A stretch of DNA of 63,418 bases, filler included, from Octopus bimaculoides (Eukaryota): the NCBI RefSeq assembly GCF_001194135.2. It is 5 parts of 5 records of this genome, joined end to end, with 100 filler letters (N's around TTAATTAATTAA, not from the genome) between each part and the next. Parts side by side here need not be neighbours in the genome. Positions count along the whole stretch, not along the records: positions 62,168 to 63,418 come from NC_068982.1; 4 more parts are not named here. One strand, given 5' to 3'. Positions 62,068 to 63,418 of the stretch are shown here, one piece after another. The first letter of the stretch is position 1, and the number at the start of each line of letters is the position of its first letter. A program made the translations under genes and the position numbers. The notes under the pieces are model-generated. The model worked only from the letters and a program-made list of their open reading frames with translations, ran no database searches and was not told the origin of the DNA.

Positions 62068-62167
62068 NNNNNNNNNNNNNNNNNNNNNNNNNNNNNNNNN
62101 NNNNNNNNNNNTTAATTAATTAANNNNNNNNNNNNNNNNNNNNNNNNNNNNNNNNNNNNNNNNNNNN
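62068..62167. other. Artificial 100-bp scaffold linker
   Basis: 44 N + TTAATTAATTAA + 44 N. Confidence 0.97.
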
Positions 62168-62310
62168 TCTACTGGTATTGGCGATGGTGCTGTTGTTGTT
62201 ATGGTCATCTTCGTCGATGGAGGCGTTGTGACTGCTGTTAAAGATATCACTGGCGACGGCTCTGCTACTATTTATGTAGGGATACTGCCATTGCTGTCGT
62301 TGATGTTGGT

Positions 62311-62504
62311 ATGCCCGACTGGGGTGGGGGGCGGCAATCGATTAGATCGACTCCAGTAAGCACCTGGTACTTAAATTTTCGATCCCGAAAGGATGAAAGG
62401 TAAAGTCGACCTCGATGGAATTTGAACTCAGAACTTAAAGACAGACTAAATACCGCTAAGCATTTCACCCGTCGTGCTGACGTTTCTGCCAGCTCGACGC
62501 CTTA
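62311..62504 (-). mobile_element. SINE family A within an imperfect (GCT/GTT/GGT)n tract
   Basis: GATCCCGAAAGGATGAAAGGTAAAGTCGACCTCG...TCTGCCAGCTCGACGCC. Confidence 0.9.
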
Positions 62505-63418
62505 ATGTTGATGTTGATATTGCTGTCATCGCTGGCGGTGGTGCTGCTACTGGTTCTGCTTGTGTCTCTGCTGCTGCTACTATAGTAGTCGTTGGGGAAG
62601 CTGCTGATGTTGTGCATCAGCTTCATAAACGACTCTCTTGATTTTGTAGTGGCCTCTCGATAATAACAATAACAACATCAACGAAAGCAATGGCAGTACG
62701 TCTTCCAATAAAAACTGTACTTGTTCCAAAACGATTCTTCACCGTCTCATAAGGCTAACACACAACCCAAGTGTGGACGCTTGCTAATCTCTAAGACACA
62801 ATTTACTAATTCACCTGACCACAATCCACTGGTATATTGCATATGAGTTGTAGCCGAGAATTAGGTCAACCAACAGCCGCATAATACAATACAATCTTTC
62901 AAGTGCGCCATAATGGGCGCTATGTCCAAATGGACAAAGATCATCCGAGTTTGTTATGTCAATACTTCCCACCCCATATTGAAGCAGTCATCGCTGTTAA
63001 CGGCTCATTCATTAAATAGGAGTGATCAATGGATTCTTAACATTATTTATACCAATTTGTTTTCGCATACAGCTTTTCTTTGTGGAGATATGTCTCTTTT
63101 CCTAACTACATACAAATTACCACAAAATTACACCCTGTATATAGATAAGGTTATCGGAAGGGTGAAAGGCTAAAGTAGGTTGAACTATGTCTCTCATTTG
63201 ATCCTGAAGGATGTAATATCGCACAAGTTAGGTAATACAGTTCTGTCTAATTACATGCGCACGGAACTTCAAATAGCACACGTATAGCTTCTGTCTTCAA
63301 TACATTACGTTTAACTCTCGTACGATTGCATTCCTTTTTTGCATATGTGAAGAAAGTAATAATTAAAATTACATATATACCTTATATGTATATATATAAA
63401 TATATTTATGTGTGTGTG

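Overview
AT-rich, repeat-saturated animal genomic DNA with no recognisable intact host protein-coding gene. The SINE, RTE and microsatellite repertoire looks like an octopod cephalopod such as Octopus; this is an inference from repeat recognition, not a search result. The window is five sequence blocks joined by identical artificial 100-bp linkers (44N-TTAATTAATTAA-44N at 23017, 35074, 57422 and 62068), plus many ordinary N gaps. Content: decayed R4/Dong-like restriction-endonuclease (RLE) non-LTR retrotransposons, RTE LINE fragments, several tRNA-derived SINE families, a Tc1 and a mariner remnant, TTAA-flanked and foldback MITEs, Helentron-like non-autonomous repeats and long simple repeats. 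Nearly all listed ORFs are microsatellite, N-run or antisense-repeat artefacts. Repeats in 23117-57421 show visibly more CpG decay than those in the flanking blocks, as expected for an intron of a germline-methylated gene. A few weak plus-strand exon candidates lie there, including a 15-nt microexon. Best observations: a (TTAGGG)7 array that grew out of a SINE's Pol III A-box; an RT-less Dong-like element whose two halves are fused at a 7-bp microhomology; several element families stacked on (TAA)n arrays; and many inverted repeat pairs able to form dsRNA. I found no convincing new multi-gene system.
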